Below, in pieces: positions 11,281 to 24,900 of a DNA stretch of 64,000 nt. A model generated the notes under the pieces. That model was not told where the DNA came from, ran no database searches, and was given only the letters and a program-made list of their open reading frames with translations. Position 1 is the stretch's first letter. Each line of letters starts with the position of its first letter. The DNA lies in the NCBI GenBank assembly GCA_013265495.1, contig MU058337.1, positions 436,001 through 500,000 of the forward strand, given 5' to 3'. The position numbers and the translations under genes are program-made. Source of the stretch: Vicugna vicugna. Taxonomy: Eukaryota.

Positions 11281-12764
11281 TTCTCCTGTCAAGAATGATT
11301 AAAACTGAAGACATTATGACAGAGCAAAGTAAACCTTTTTCAAGTTTCAGTATCTTAAGATGGAAAAAGCCAAATATTCTCACTGGGCAAGGGGGCTTAG
11401 GAGCAAGTGGAATAAAAGCCAGGCTTAAAACAGAAAGTGACTGGACAATTATTTTTTAATTAAAATCCTACTGAAATTTTTATTTAATTGAACTTGGCCT
11501 GAAAATACAAAATTGCCTGCATAAATTCAAGCCAAAGAACCATCTGTTTTCTTCCTTTTTAATGATGTTGCCAGCATGTAATTTTCCAACATGTGCAGAA
11601 CTCCTGAGAGCCTTATAGAGACATGCTAAGGAACCCCACGGATCACATTTGGAACACCAACTAATATTTCATGTTCTGATTATTGTGAAAAAAGTAAAAG
11701 GCTTTTTAATTGTGTTAGAAGAAAGGAAGATAAATTTTTTTTTTAAAACAGTGTACGTTTTTGGAGTCTCGTGTAAAGTCAAGTCTACTTGACCCACGTG
11801 CTCTAAAATGGGTGCACACATGAAGTCTTGCAATCTTTGGGTTCAACTATTGGAAAGATCTCATGCAAAATGACTCAGTGTTTTCATACAGTTTTCCTGG
11901 AAAAACTGTAACTATCAGGTAAGCTGGTTTCTTTGACTCAGTCTATCACTGACCTGCTTCTTATGGCATTCATCAAATGAATACTTCTTATTCAGAAATG
12001 TGACTAGAGATATGACAAGACTTTATTACATTTATAATAAGGGAAAGGTTCCTGGCTATTTGGATTGAATCTAATTATAAATACTCATAGATATTTATAC
12101 ACAGGTCCATAAAAATAAATTATACTTAGTCATGTTTCACTTTACCATATTTATATTTTTGGGTTTGTGTGTCTACACAGCACCAGGAAGTAAACACATT
12201 CAAGAAGAGCCTGGGTTGAAATAAGAACATAGAACCACACAACCGATGGAAGACAATCTGCGACTTGATGCCTGTGCTGGAGGCCATCAGGGCTATGTTG
12301 AGACCCTCAGCTAGGGCCACCTGCTCTCTTGTTGGTCCTAGGAGAGATCACATGAGCAAGCCCAACATTTTCACTGTGTATGTACGGATACACATGTTTT
12401 GGTGTATGTAACACACTTACAATGTAAATCCAGCCATCTATACACAACTGAGTGAGCAGTCATTTATACTGCATCCTCTATGATGCAATCAACTTACACG
12501 GATGTGTGCAGATCCACTTTACTTACAATGGAGGACAGTCTGTTAACTAACAGTGTCTGCATTCCACTTAATGGTTTAGAATGTAAAGACACGCGTTACA
12601 TTGGAAAAAATGAATTGAAAGAAATTCAGTCTGCATGGGATCAGGCACAAAAACCATATTATAGGGTTATCAGTCATGACAATTCTTTTCTTGGTTTGAT
12701 AAAAGCTACCCTTGAAAAAAGCTGATGGCTGACGTGTACTACCCTTTGTCCTCTCATACTTGGA

Positions 12765-12900
12765 GAGGCAAGGGTTAAGAGCATGGGCACGGGAGCTGGA
12801 CTATGGGTTCCAATCGAGGCTCTGCTTTTTGTAGGGCAGCTACTAATGTTTCTGTGCTTTAATTTCTTCCTGTGGAAAATGGGGATAGTGATCGTCACCT
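12765..12900 (+). mobile_element. MIR SINE fragment
   Basis: ggttaagagcatggg...ctgtgctttaatttcttcctgtggaaaatggggatagtgat. Confidence 0.65.
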
Positions 12901-15900
12901 ACAGACTTCTGGTCTACCCTCATCACATAAAGATTTTAGCATTTTACCTGTTACTGTCTCCTGTATTTATTTTGATGCTTTCAATGTCCACGTAGATTAT
13001 CCCTGTAACATTTCAGCCTCTTATTTTCTTGTCTTCTTCCCTATTTCAATTATGTACTTGCATGTGTGGAAATACAAATACATATTATGCTTTGTTTGTA
13101 AAAACAGAATATGCCATGTCATTAGAAGGGTATAAAAAGATTTATTCAGTAAGATACTTTTAGACACAAGAATGAAACAGTAATAATAAAAAGGAAGGAA
13201 CCGTGCAGTTTTTATGTTTCTGTGACCACAAGAGAAGAAAGAATGGAGGTGCAGTCGGGAAGATTCACATGGAGGAAAATCCCTGAGATAATGAGGAAAT
13301 GGTCTGTATGACAGATAAATGGGAAAATACTGAACTGGGAGATTTCTCAAGACCCTCTTGGGCACTACTCATGCTGGTCCTTCCTTTTGCTACATGGGCT
13401 CGGCAGAGATCAGTAAAAAAACCTAATTATTTGTGCATCACTCTGCGGTTCTCTGTTGCAGGCTGCTCCTAACTGGAAAGGTGCTCTAGGGAGCAGGATA
13501 GGAGAGTCAGACATCAAAATGGATTTCTTTTGTATTGTTGAGTAAGCAGAGAAAAGTCCAGTTGGGATATTTCTTTATAGCTATCTAACAAGCCAGAAAA
13601 ATAACGATGTGATATCTACAAATGCTGAGTGGAAGAAATTTTGAACCAGGGCACCCATGCCCATCACAGACATTAAACTCACTAAACTCTGCTCCAATGT
13701 GCAGCCCTTGAGAATATTATTTGAAGTCTGAGTCATTGAGACATAAGTGGAAGTTACGAATATAATGGTAGGGAACAGACCTGGAAGCTAATTGACCTGG
13801 AAATCATAAACATAAAAATTTTATTTGTAAATATGATGGAAGAATTGAATGCTCAGGAATAACAATCTTTAAAAAAATCATTTATGTTTTTAACAAAGTG
13901 ATACAATTTATAATCTTAGATAAAACCAATAGATGCCATTTGAGGTGAAGACTTAGGAAATAGAAGAGGAATCAAACTATTTTCCATGAAGGAAAAATAT
14001 TCAATCTGACAGCATAAAAATTTTGATTTAAAAATTTCTTAGGAATGCATAAATAGAAGTAGTGTTAGTAGAGGCATAAACATGATGGGGAGCTTCAACT
14101 AGCAAACAAAATCCTGTATATCTAACAAGAAAATCAATTAGATATACAGCAAGAAAACATTAAACAGATAAAACAGACAGCACATGCAAGTTATTTGTCT
14201 TTGTGTTTCATTGTCTGTGTTTGCTTTTACTATCCTGTCTGTAATTCATTGCACTTCTGCAATCTGTGGGTTTGTTTCTTTCACAGAAAGTTTGGTAGTG
14301 TCACTTCCTAATTCAAGAAGTGGTCGTTATGTGTGTGTGCACCACCCTGGTGGTCTGAGGAGTGGCTGAGTTATTTGGGAGGGAAAGGAAGTACTATGAG
14401 GAAGCAATTAATGTTTGTATGCGATGTGGGCAATTTACTAATGTGTTCACATTATAGGAAACATACAAATAAGATATAAAGCATTGTCACAAACCTCCCC
14501 ATCTCAAGCTCAAGAGCAGCAAGAAGCCTCTTCCACTGAGAACTCTATGTAGAGGAACAAGGTGAGAGGCTACAGACAGAACACACAAAGATGGAGGGTT
14601 AACGCTGAGGGTTAGGTAGTGACCGTGAAAGTCAGAGGTTCCACAAATGAGCGTGGAAGGAAGAGCATCAGGAACAGCTGCCATCCCTGGGAAGACGGTG
14701 AGCTGGGCTGCAGTAAGAAGACAAGATGCCAGCTTGCTAGCCTTTTATAGAGAAGTTGGAAAAAAAGGTTGAAATGCTTCTCACTTCCTTTTGATGGATG
14801 TGTGTGATGTGATGTGTGTATTTGGAGGAGACGTGTGAAAAGCTGCACTGTCTCAGCTGCAAGGATACTTTTTAAGCAAGCGATTGTTACCAAGAACACC
14901 AACGCTATATTCCTCAGCATTATTTATATTTTTAAAGACATGCCTTTGAAATTTAGAAAACCTATTATATTAAGGCCATTATACTTTTTTAGTTGGATGC
15001 CCATTCAAATAAAAAACATTTCAGAGAAAATTTCATTGGAGTATCTTCTGTGCAGACACTATAAGGTATCCTTTTGGCAGGACAATAATTATTATTATTA
15101 TTATTATTGACCTATGAAAAATGACTTTGAAGTTGGCATAACCACTTCAGAAAAATTATTTTAGATTTCCTGAAAAGAAAGCAGATGCTAGCAGTTCTAT
15201 TGTAGGCTTTATTTCTATAAAATATGCCATAAAGAAATATTTCACTTACTGACATAAAATTAAATAATTAAAATTCTTATGTGGCATTTAGTAAGATATA
15301 AGCAGGTATTGTACTAACATAAAATATTCAGAAATATTGCCTGGCATATGCTAGTGTTTTATTAATACTAAAATATTCATTTTATTTTGCATATTAAGGT
15401 TCTGGCTTTTGTCTCTCACTATATGTACTGTTGTGATTGATTTAGTAACACGCATAGAAATGGCACTAATATTACTCCCTCAGCATCGTGCAAGGCAGTT
15501 ATAGAATGATGAGCAGAATGTGAAATACTGTATGGCACTTAGAGTGGAACTATTTTAGCTCAGATTACATTGAAAGTTAAGCTATTAGTTTAAAACCTGG
15601 TTGATATTAAGAAGTCCTCTCTGTATTTTGGTTACATTACTGAGATTTAGTCCAAAGTGTACACACACTTGAAGACTGAGCTTCATCACCCTTTACCCAA
15701 ATACACTGACAGGTGCCTCTTTGTAACATATGCACCGTTTCTTAAACATTAGGGCTTAGCCATTATGCTAAGTAGTGAAGTGACTTTTGTGTTTGCACGT
15801 AAATGGACAGTATCATAATAAATACATTGGGTTCTTTAACTTGTATAACACTTCTGAGCTCTGTCTAGGAGAAAATCAACAGCTTTTCAGACAGCAACAG

Positions 15901-18900
15901 CCTTGCCTTGTGAGGTTCACGCCCTGTTAGAACGGGTCTGTGAACTCCCCGGGCAGGAGCACTCTGCAGGAGGAAGTGGCAGCAGCGTGCTGTGGTTTCA
16001 TAACACTGACATTCTACCCGTTCTGTAAAATTTCATGGCAGAGTCAGGCAGGGGTGGTACAGAATGAAGCCTTTGCCTACAGCTGGTGAGAGGAGCTGAA
16101 GAGGGAAAAAAGGGAACAACTTTAAACAATATCCATTTCAGAAAACAGAGAGAGGACACTGGGGGCCATCTAGCTGCCCACCATCTGCCTGCGATCAGGG
16201 GTGACCTGCTTGCAGAGGGAGACAAATGCCAGGTAACAAACAGAGGAAGCGGGACCTATGCAGGGAATATGTGAAATAAACAAGCTGCCACGGTGCCATT
16301 TCCAGCCACGTATGTGAGCCATAAACTAAAGGTAACACTGTGCTTGGGCCGGGACACACATTTTTGTTATAGTAAAAGTGGAATTCTAAAAGACTGCCTC
16401 TGGAACAAGGAAAATAAATTAGATAGTCTGGAAATCTGAAAGCAGTTTCACATCTGGTAAATACATTTTTCTTCAACTTGCTCAGCTTTTCCCCTGACCT
16501 TACGGATGTAACCGCTCCTGAAGGGAATATGTCGTGTACTAAGACACTAATTAGAGACCACCTACACTTGTTTTTTGAGAATAAACTCGGTAATATATTT
16601 TCTGAGGCCAAAATTTCATACCGAGTTGTAACAGGTTAAAGAATATGGTTATGATCACTCTAAAGCATGAGGCTTTTTGTGTAGTGAAACATATAAAAAT
16701 ATTTTCCTGTGGTTTACCTCCATAAATAAACCACATCAGTATCCTAAACTAATTATAAAACAAATTCCTATTGAATGTCTTCTGTCATTAACAAAGACAT
16801 AAAATCCATAAATACATAGTATTTAATCCAAATACTTCTATTTTACAAATGAGGAAACGGAGATTTACTGCTGCAGAAGATAAAAAGAGAGCAGAGGAGG
16901 GCGATGAAGCATATTATTATGAGAGAATAAAATAATTAAAAACACTAGTAAAGGTAAGAGAGAAAATTGATCATTTGGAAGAGGTGATCGAAGGAGCCCT
17001 CTGGTACAAGATTTCGGAATAAAACGCCCGAAACCAGCTTTAGGAACTAATAAAGCTGAGGTAAGCTTTCAAGTAACTATGCTGAAGAAAATTAGATTGT
17101 TAGAGTCCAGAAGTGGGATTAGAGCTGTATCAACACAGAAGAAAAATAACTTACTGTGGGGTGAAAAGATAGGTAGTTTATTCCTTTAAGTGGAGTAGTT
17201 TTTTTGCCAAAAAAAGTTTTTACCAATTATCCCAGTTCCCATGAGCCAGTCTTCGCCATGGATGCAACCTTCAGTACCAATTCGCTACAACTGCTGTCAG
17301 CGAACCTGACGGCTACCCTCTCTCGTTTATCCTCCTCGCTGGGCTGACAGCTCAGTAAGAGCTTCGGAGATAAAACCATCAGAGCCGACTCTGACCTGAC
17401 AGTCTGTGTCCTCCCCAACCACCCTGCCTTCCAGAGAAATTAGAGAGAGATGTTCTTTTCTTAATGCTGTCCTTGGCTATGGAGTTTGCAGCATCCTGTG
17501 AATCCCGTGGGGATTTCTCAATCACTGCTTTTGTAATCATAAATTGTTCCATGAGCCATGATTTAAAAACCCTCCCCCTAAACAAGCGTAATGGAAATCA
17601 GTTGGTGGTTTTTTAAGAATGTGCACACCACATGACCACAAACACGAAGTTTCAGTTGACAAGCAAGGGGGATTATTTGGTTAAAATGTTGTGCATTGTT
17701 AAGGCATTTTTAATATTATGGTTCATTCATTTCAATATTAGGAACAACCAAGGAATTTTTCTCCCTTCGTAAACTTCCTTTCTAAACTTTTCTCCATTAC
17801 AAATGCTTCAAAATTAAATAACATCAATAGCAAACTCTTATTAAAATTAAAATAAAATGATGGTGACAGAAACTATAATAAAAGCAAGTGCAAGCTGAGG
17901 CCTTAAATTCCATGTGGCTCTCAGAACACATCAGAAACCCAGATGAACATTTTTTAAATGATCATTAAATTATAGAGAAAAATAAATAGATTTTCATAAC
18001 CAACTGATGTTGCTGAAGGGATCAAGTTGGAGAAATGTTCACCTAAAAGGTATTATATGGACCCCACATCAGAGATTTCTTTTTCAATTCTTGCATCAGT
18101 GTAATATATGCAATTGAAGATCATGATGATCAATGAAGTTAACTGATTTTTACTGCGTCTTCTAACTCTGATAGTCAAAAACAGAGAATGGAGACACTTT
18201 TGAGGACTTTCATGTAAACAGTAAAACTTCGAGGACTTTCCACACAAAAAGTAAAGCCATTCTTCCAAGCTAGTGGGGGATAGGAGGGGCATCTCTGCAT
18301 GCCTGAGAGCAGAGGGAACCTGATCCTCACAGAGCCACAGAGAGGAATAAGAGCACGAGTGGTATGTCCATGTACCCTCCCAGGCTGCGTCAGCAAAGCT
18401 CTGTGTGGCATCAGAGCATCACAGAGAGCTAGACCCTGGGGACTGCTCTTGGCTCATCTACGGACAACCGACTGAGGACCACAGGATCTGATTATACCCT
18501 CCTGGCATGACACGAGACCTTTGGACTGTGACCCAATCCTCTGGGGCAGGGACTAGGAAAAACTGAAACTAGAGTCAGAAATGAACTTGAACTATATAAA
18601 ATAAAACTATGTATGCCACAGACAGGATGCTTATTAACATAGAGCTATCTAAATACTCTCCTTAGAACAGAAAGAAGTTTGGATGGATGGGCTGCCCACT
18701 GGGGTGACATAGACTATTTCCATGAGTTAGTACCTTAGAATTTACTTACTTATTTCTAGGAAAATAAGCATGCATCATCTTGTGATTCTGCTCCTCTAGA
18801 CCACTGAGTTCAGAGTCCTAGTTTTCATCAGTCCTTAAGGTAAAGGTACAGTCCAGATGGTATTGATTTTAGGTAACATCTCATAGTTTTTTCCCTTCTA

Positions 18901-19206
18901 AAAACCTAAGATGATGTTAGGATTATATTATTGTGAGAAATCTATTTGGTGTAAGAAACGACAGTTAATTACCCATCTGTTGTCCACATTCTGAGGAAAA
19001 GTTCATCTGCTGATTCTTATAATATCAATTAACATAACTGCCTAATGAATAGGGAGTCACAGGACCCAGTTTTGTTTCCAAAGGAACTACTGGAAAAAAA
19101 AGATGATGCATTTTTTGTTTCACTAAGGGAAATTTAGTATAACTGTGATATGTTTATGTTTAAAGATTGCTCTAAATAGTATGCTTTTAAATATGGGGCT
19201 GAAATC

Positions 19207-19860
19207 TGTATCAGACAGGATCAATTGGGGAAAACAAAACCCTAACAGTTTTTTTTTAACCAGAGAGAATTTAATACAGGGTATTGGCTAACCAGGAATT
19301 GGAGGACTGGAAGACAAAAAGCAACAGGTGAGGTGCCACAGTGAAATACACTCCAGCAGCTGGTGATGAAAGGACCAGAACCCCATGAACGGAGGCCAAA
19401 CATCTGAGCAGGGAGGCTGCCCAGCCGGTGCTGGCACTGCATGAGCTTGGGGAAGGCTTTGCTATGTCCCAGTTTAGCCAACTTCTAAGGAATGGTGCTG
19501 GTGGACAGACAGCTTTTAGAACCTCAGGGTCTCAACAAAGGCTCACAGGACGGGAACCCATATGTCTGAGGAGAAGGAGGTACCTGTAGGGTGAGGCTAG
19601 TGTTTCTGAAAAGCACGATGAAGCTGGTCTGGCAGTGCGGAAGATGCCTGGGAATGGAACCGGCTGCTACTGGAACTCATACTTGCTGCCAAAGGGAAGA
19701 GAGTCCTTACTGGGGGACAACTGGGACAAACAGAACCTAGGAATTAGAAGGCCCCCTACCTCCCTGCCTTCCCTCTTCCCTCCAGCAGGCCTGCTGGCAT
19801 AAACTAACAAAAAGCTAGCTAGCAAAGAAGTGCAGTTTGCAGTCTACCTCCAGCATCTCC
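19207..19860 (-). mobile_element. Ancient ERV LTR (LTR78-like)
   Basis: Begins tgtatcagacagg...gagaatttaatacagggtattgg, resembling the recalled terminus of ancient eutherian LTRs; far boundary approximate. Confidence 0.45.
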
Positions 19861-20644
19861 AGAACACAGACGGCTTGGAGGGGAAGCATGCCAGCAGAGC
19901 ACCTAGCAGAAGCCACCATGCTGGCTCCTCGGCAGCCACGCACAACTGTCCACATACATGTGCAATCCCACACAGCAACAACAATTGTATCATCTGCCCT
20001 AATGAGATGAAAATAATCCTTTATACAAATGAAGACCTCTTGCCCTCTCTCCAAAAGAAAAATGGGAGACAGAAAAGAAAACAGGATTCCATGAACTCTG
20101 TATCCCTTGAACAACAATGTTGAAAGAAGCCATGAGGTATTGGTCACTGCTCCCCAGTGTGGGCAGGGAGGAACCGGCCCAGGATCCAGGGGTTCTCTGG
20201 GACATCTCCTCTTGCCTATTTCTTTATGTATATGTGGGCGTATATGGGTGCCTGTCAACTACCTACCTGTCTATTGATCATCTACTAACCTATATGATAT
20301 CTATCTACTAATATTTCCCCCTTATTAATTTACATAAGGGTTGCTGTGGTAGGGAACTTTATAATTTAGTCTTTAAGTTACAGAATATTCAAGTGGACCG
20401 TGACTGAATTTGGGGAATGACTAACACTCTCCCAGTGATAGATACACCAAATATTATTATGATGAACCAAACTGACACATGAGTTTTAAGAGTGATGGAA
20501 CCCTAAATCCTCATGAACTTGACTATTAGTTAGCATGAAAATGATAATACAGATGAATATTTATTGGTGTTGGGTTATTTGTAATATATTCTTGAGTGAT
20601 CTTTTTTTAATACATAAAACCACATTGTACCATTTTATATCGTG

Positions 20645-21030
20645 ATGGTAGCAGATTTGCTTTCTCACTGTAAACAACCAGGAAGCTGGACAAGATGTGA
20701 GACAAACATTTTTTTCAGACACTGGAAAGCAGGTAGAAAGGAGACAGACGAGGGGAACCCCACAGGTGCCCTGACTTTTTGTCTGGAGGCACATTCCTAG
20801 ACCAGTGCAGGAGCAGAAACCAAGCAGAGCACAGCGGACTCCCTGGGCTGGGGAGACAGGGATAATTTGGGAGGACAAACAGCTGGAGACAGTGAGAGAG
20901 AGAGACAGTACTGGAGAGGAGGGGAGAGAGTGCTGGAAGCTCACACAGGGTTTCTTTTAAGCCATGGACTGAATATTCAGCTGTACTGTGTTGCTGAAGC
21001 TCCGTGAGGTCTGGACAGGAGCAACTACTG
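20645..21030 (+). mobile_element. Ancient L1 (L1ME-like) 5'-end fragment
   Basis: taaacaaccaggaagctggacaaga...ttttcagacactgga...aagcagagcacagc resembles recalled L1ME 5' UTR. Confidence 0.5.
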
Positions 21031-22431
21031 TGGTTCAGCTGTTGCTGGACAATTCTCATAGCCCTCAAGAGCCAGAGTGAAGAAACCTGGCTGACCACGG
21101 GGATGTTCATTTCACATTCCCAAGTAAGGGCTGCTCTTGACCCAGGCGAGCATGCTCCCAGCACAGGCTCCCTCCTTTCTTCTGAAGATGCTGGGATGTT
21201 ACGGCTTCGAACATTGCTTGACACTTACGCTGGGCCTTGCAGTGTTTCTAGCACATCCCATATAATACCTGCTCTACCCTCCAAACAGCTCTGCGAGTTA
21301 CACACTGCCATTATCCCCATTTCAACAAGGGAATGAAGGTGCAAATAAACAGGTCCCACAGCCGTTACAAATGGAGCCAGAATTTGCATCCCAACAACCT
21401 GACTCCAGAGTCTTCTTTCTTAGCAACTATTTCTCCTCTGCCTGGAAGTAGATATACCAGGATATTAACAATGACCATTTCATTGTAATCGGATGATGCT
21501 GATTTAACATTTTTCTATATTTTGCTTACGTGCATTTTCAAATGTTTCTAAAATGAACATGTTCTGATTTTGTAATAGTATTTATTTTCAGCTAACAATA
21601 TAACAATAGTTGTGAACAGTGTATATAGGTGCAGTCTTTTTAGAAAGCAATTTGGCTGTATGAATCTGAAACAAACATAAGTCTGCTCCTATCCTAGGTA
21701 AAGTTGGATCCCACATTTAAAAAGAGAATAGTAAACATAAATTTAAAAACTAGAAGAGGATAGGATTATGAATGATTTTGATTATTTTAATTTGCTTTCT
21801 GTGCTTTTATCATATATTGTATAAGAAAATATATTAATATTAATTTTACTCAGGGAAAAAGATAATTTTAAGTTCCCATTATTTAGCTAGTAGGCTCAAT
21901 TGTAGGAATTTTTAGTAACAGATATTTAGAACACTACTGTTTATAACAATGAAACCTCATGAGTAACCTGTTTGTCAAAAATAAGATTAAACAAGGATAT
22001 AATGATGTGATAGAATATCATGGTGACATTAAATAATAATATTTTTGAAGGACATTTGCAGACTTAGAAAATAATTCAGAATATGTTACTACAATTAGTA
22101 TTTTCAACAGTACATACCCTCTGTTTCCAGTTTAGTAAAAATAAGTTGGACAAAGATAAACACGTATTCTTCTACCCATACACCACATCTCACACTTAAC
22201 TGGGAGATATCAAAAATGTTAGAAGGTGTTCTATCTGAATAGTGAAATTAGGGTGATTTTAACTTATTCTTTTTGTTATTTCCCCAAATTTACCATAAGA
22301 TGTTTGTTTTTCCTTCCATAGACAATAGACATGTGTTTCTAATGCACAGGCAAACCATTTAACTATTTTAATATAGTTATCAGGAATTTAGAATGGGTAC
22401 AGAAATATTTTTTCATTTCCTTGGTGCTTAC

Positions 22432-22572
22432 CAGTGATGTAGGGATGTCAGCCTCCTTGTATAACTACAAACGTTCCAGCTTTCTTCTTTGTCAACCATT
22501 TTATGGTTGTGATTTGGGTGTGAGGAAATGTGCTGGGGAGAATGTAAGATTTCCAGTTCATCACAGAATTAG
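22432..22572 (-). other. Candidate internal exon of a minus-strand transcript
   Basis: Acceptor catcttttatttttcag, donor ctg|gtaagc; 141 nt; no frame is open end to end. Confidence 0.5.
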
Positions 22573-24734
22573 CTGAAAAATAAAAGATGTGTATATTTTA
22601 GTTATTCAGTATAAAGGTTTATGTAATAATTTTTAATTCTCCAAGAAAAATAAACCACTGATGTTACCTGACATTCAATCAGCATGTGCATATCAGAATA
22701 TGCACGGTTCATATGGCGATATTTGTAAATTAAAAAAAGCGAACTCTCATTTTTGTCAGTAATCAGATACTTTTCTTCTAAATAGTGTATTTGCAAACTT
22801 GTTTATGACATTAGACTTCAGAAAGGTCGTATTTGATTGCTGTCGCCTTTTTTGAACCTTTATTGTTTTAGCTATGTTAGTTCTACTGGTTTCTTTTCTC
22901 ATGCCATGTCACACAAACTGGTCACTGTTAAAAGCTGGAAATACTTGATTGGCAGACATGCCTATTGCTTGAGCAAAAGATAAGAGGGTAAAATTCTTGG
23001 GGGATAAAATGAGTTTTATTTAGAACGGTAAAACAGATTGAAATTCTGAAATGCTTTGTGACAGAGTTATCTGAGAAAAATAGACCAATCATGACTTGTG
23101 ATTCTGATGGATTAGCACAAGTTTCAAAGAGAATTTAAGGCCAACATTTTAACAAATATTTGTGATTATTCGAGTTCCTGTCTGCATTGTTAGCTGAGCT
23201 GGAGTACATAACGATGCAGCAGTCTCTAGACTGCGTCACACTGATGCAACTGATGCAAAGTAGCCGCGCTTCACCAGGGCAAGTCTGCAGACAGGCTCTG
23301 AAGGTAGCTTCTAAGTAGCAGGAATCACCTAATCAATGCCAGGGTTTAAAATAATAATAATAACAACGATGATAAAGTGAAATCTGTTGGAGTAAGAATC
23401 AATACTGTTACGTCTTTTGCATTTAATACTCTGTATCCCCTGCACTGAGAAGTTTCTGACACCTGCTGGGTTCCCAAGCAGCAGCTGGTGAAGGAAGACA
23501 TGGACGTGGCATCACTTCAAAGAAGCACAGCTTAGGCTGTATTCACATTATGTCATAATTTCTCAAATGGGCGGGTTACTGAATTTTTTTGGTTTTATCA
23601 AGATTCTTATGAAAAGATTACCTAAGCAGGTTTCCCTGGAATGTTTGGACTTTGGCAATTTGAGTTTTCATATTCTATTTTTATATGTTAATGACTGGAA
23701 TAAAATGAATTTAAAATTTTATGCTTTACTAGGGTAAATTAACATACACACATACGATACCTACGGATAAGTAACCTGTATTTTTTTCAAAACAAGAATC
23801 AAGATTTAAAATACCCGACCTGACATTCGTATGTTGGTGGGAAAACAACGTACTTGAAACAAAGGCTACTTTTGAAAACCAAGGTTTTTTCCATCCCACG
23901 TATAAGTGGTTTCTCTTTTGCATCAGTGTTAATTATTACTTCATACAAAATTAATATTTTAGCAGAACGGTTAACAAAGTCTAGTTAAGTAATGCTGTGT
24001 ATAACATGCAGTTCAGATACCCTCAGCTGGCTGAGACAATTCAATACTCAGCAGCTGCGAAACGAGGATGTCAAAACAAAAAAAGTCCAAAGAATTTATA
24101 TAAGTTATTTTGGGACTAAACATTTTTAAAAGGCAATCAGGCAAAGGAGGGAAAAAAGCAAATAATATCATAAATATGGACTAGGTTTTTGAAAGACTGA
24201 ATTCATTAAATTCCCATGAATCAGAAGCAACTCCTCTTCAACTTCAGAGCTTGGCTTAAGGCTTGATATTTAAAAACATTTTTATTCAGTAAGTGAAAGT
24301 GACTTACTAACCTGATACTTTATCTACAGTCAGCTGTGTACTTCAGGGGCCCTAGTTCCTGTGTTTTCCTATCTCAGGTTTTTTACCTGTGACCTTCAAG
24401 AATTGACTGTCACTTTATAGGCTGACGTCTAGTAGGACACTACACCGTCTTGCTCTTACTTGCTCCCATCCAAGCCCACGCTGTACAACACACTGTCCAA
24501 TAAACACATGCGGCTATTTACATTTACTTCAAGCAAAATGAAACACGTTTTAGAAAATCAGTTACTCTGTTGTACAAGCTCAAGAGGGACTTGAATGCAG
24601 GGCTATAGGTCAGGACCACGCAGAAATGACACAGCTCCATCGTCTCAGGGACCTCCACTGGACAACCTGCATTCAGCCTCTCCAAGGAACACCTGGGTGA
24701 GGGCAGAGTGAAGAGAGGTCTGCCACCATCACAC

Positions 24735-24900
24735 ATTCCCTGTGTGACAGGGATTACTGTCTTCATGTTGTAAAGAAGGAAACTGGAATTTAGAGGGTAA
24801 AACAATTTACTAAGAATTGTAAGACTAGTTGGTGGTGAACCTAGGACTTGAACTCAGTTCTTTGTTTCCCAATTCAGTGCCTATTGCTGTACTACAACAT
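24735..24900 (-). mobile_element. MIR SINE fragment
   Basis: aagaaggaaactggaatttagaggg...ctaggacttgaactcag. Confidence 0.6.

Noticed and set aside
19815..21336. Cluster of ORFs of 97-169 aa on both strands
   Set aside because: They overlap ancient LTR and L1 5' relics in moderately GC-rich DNA, with no recognisable domain or consistent splice boundaries.
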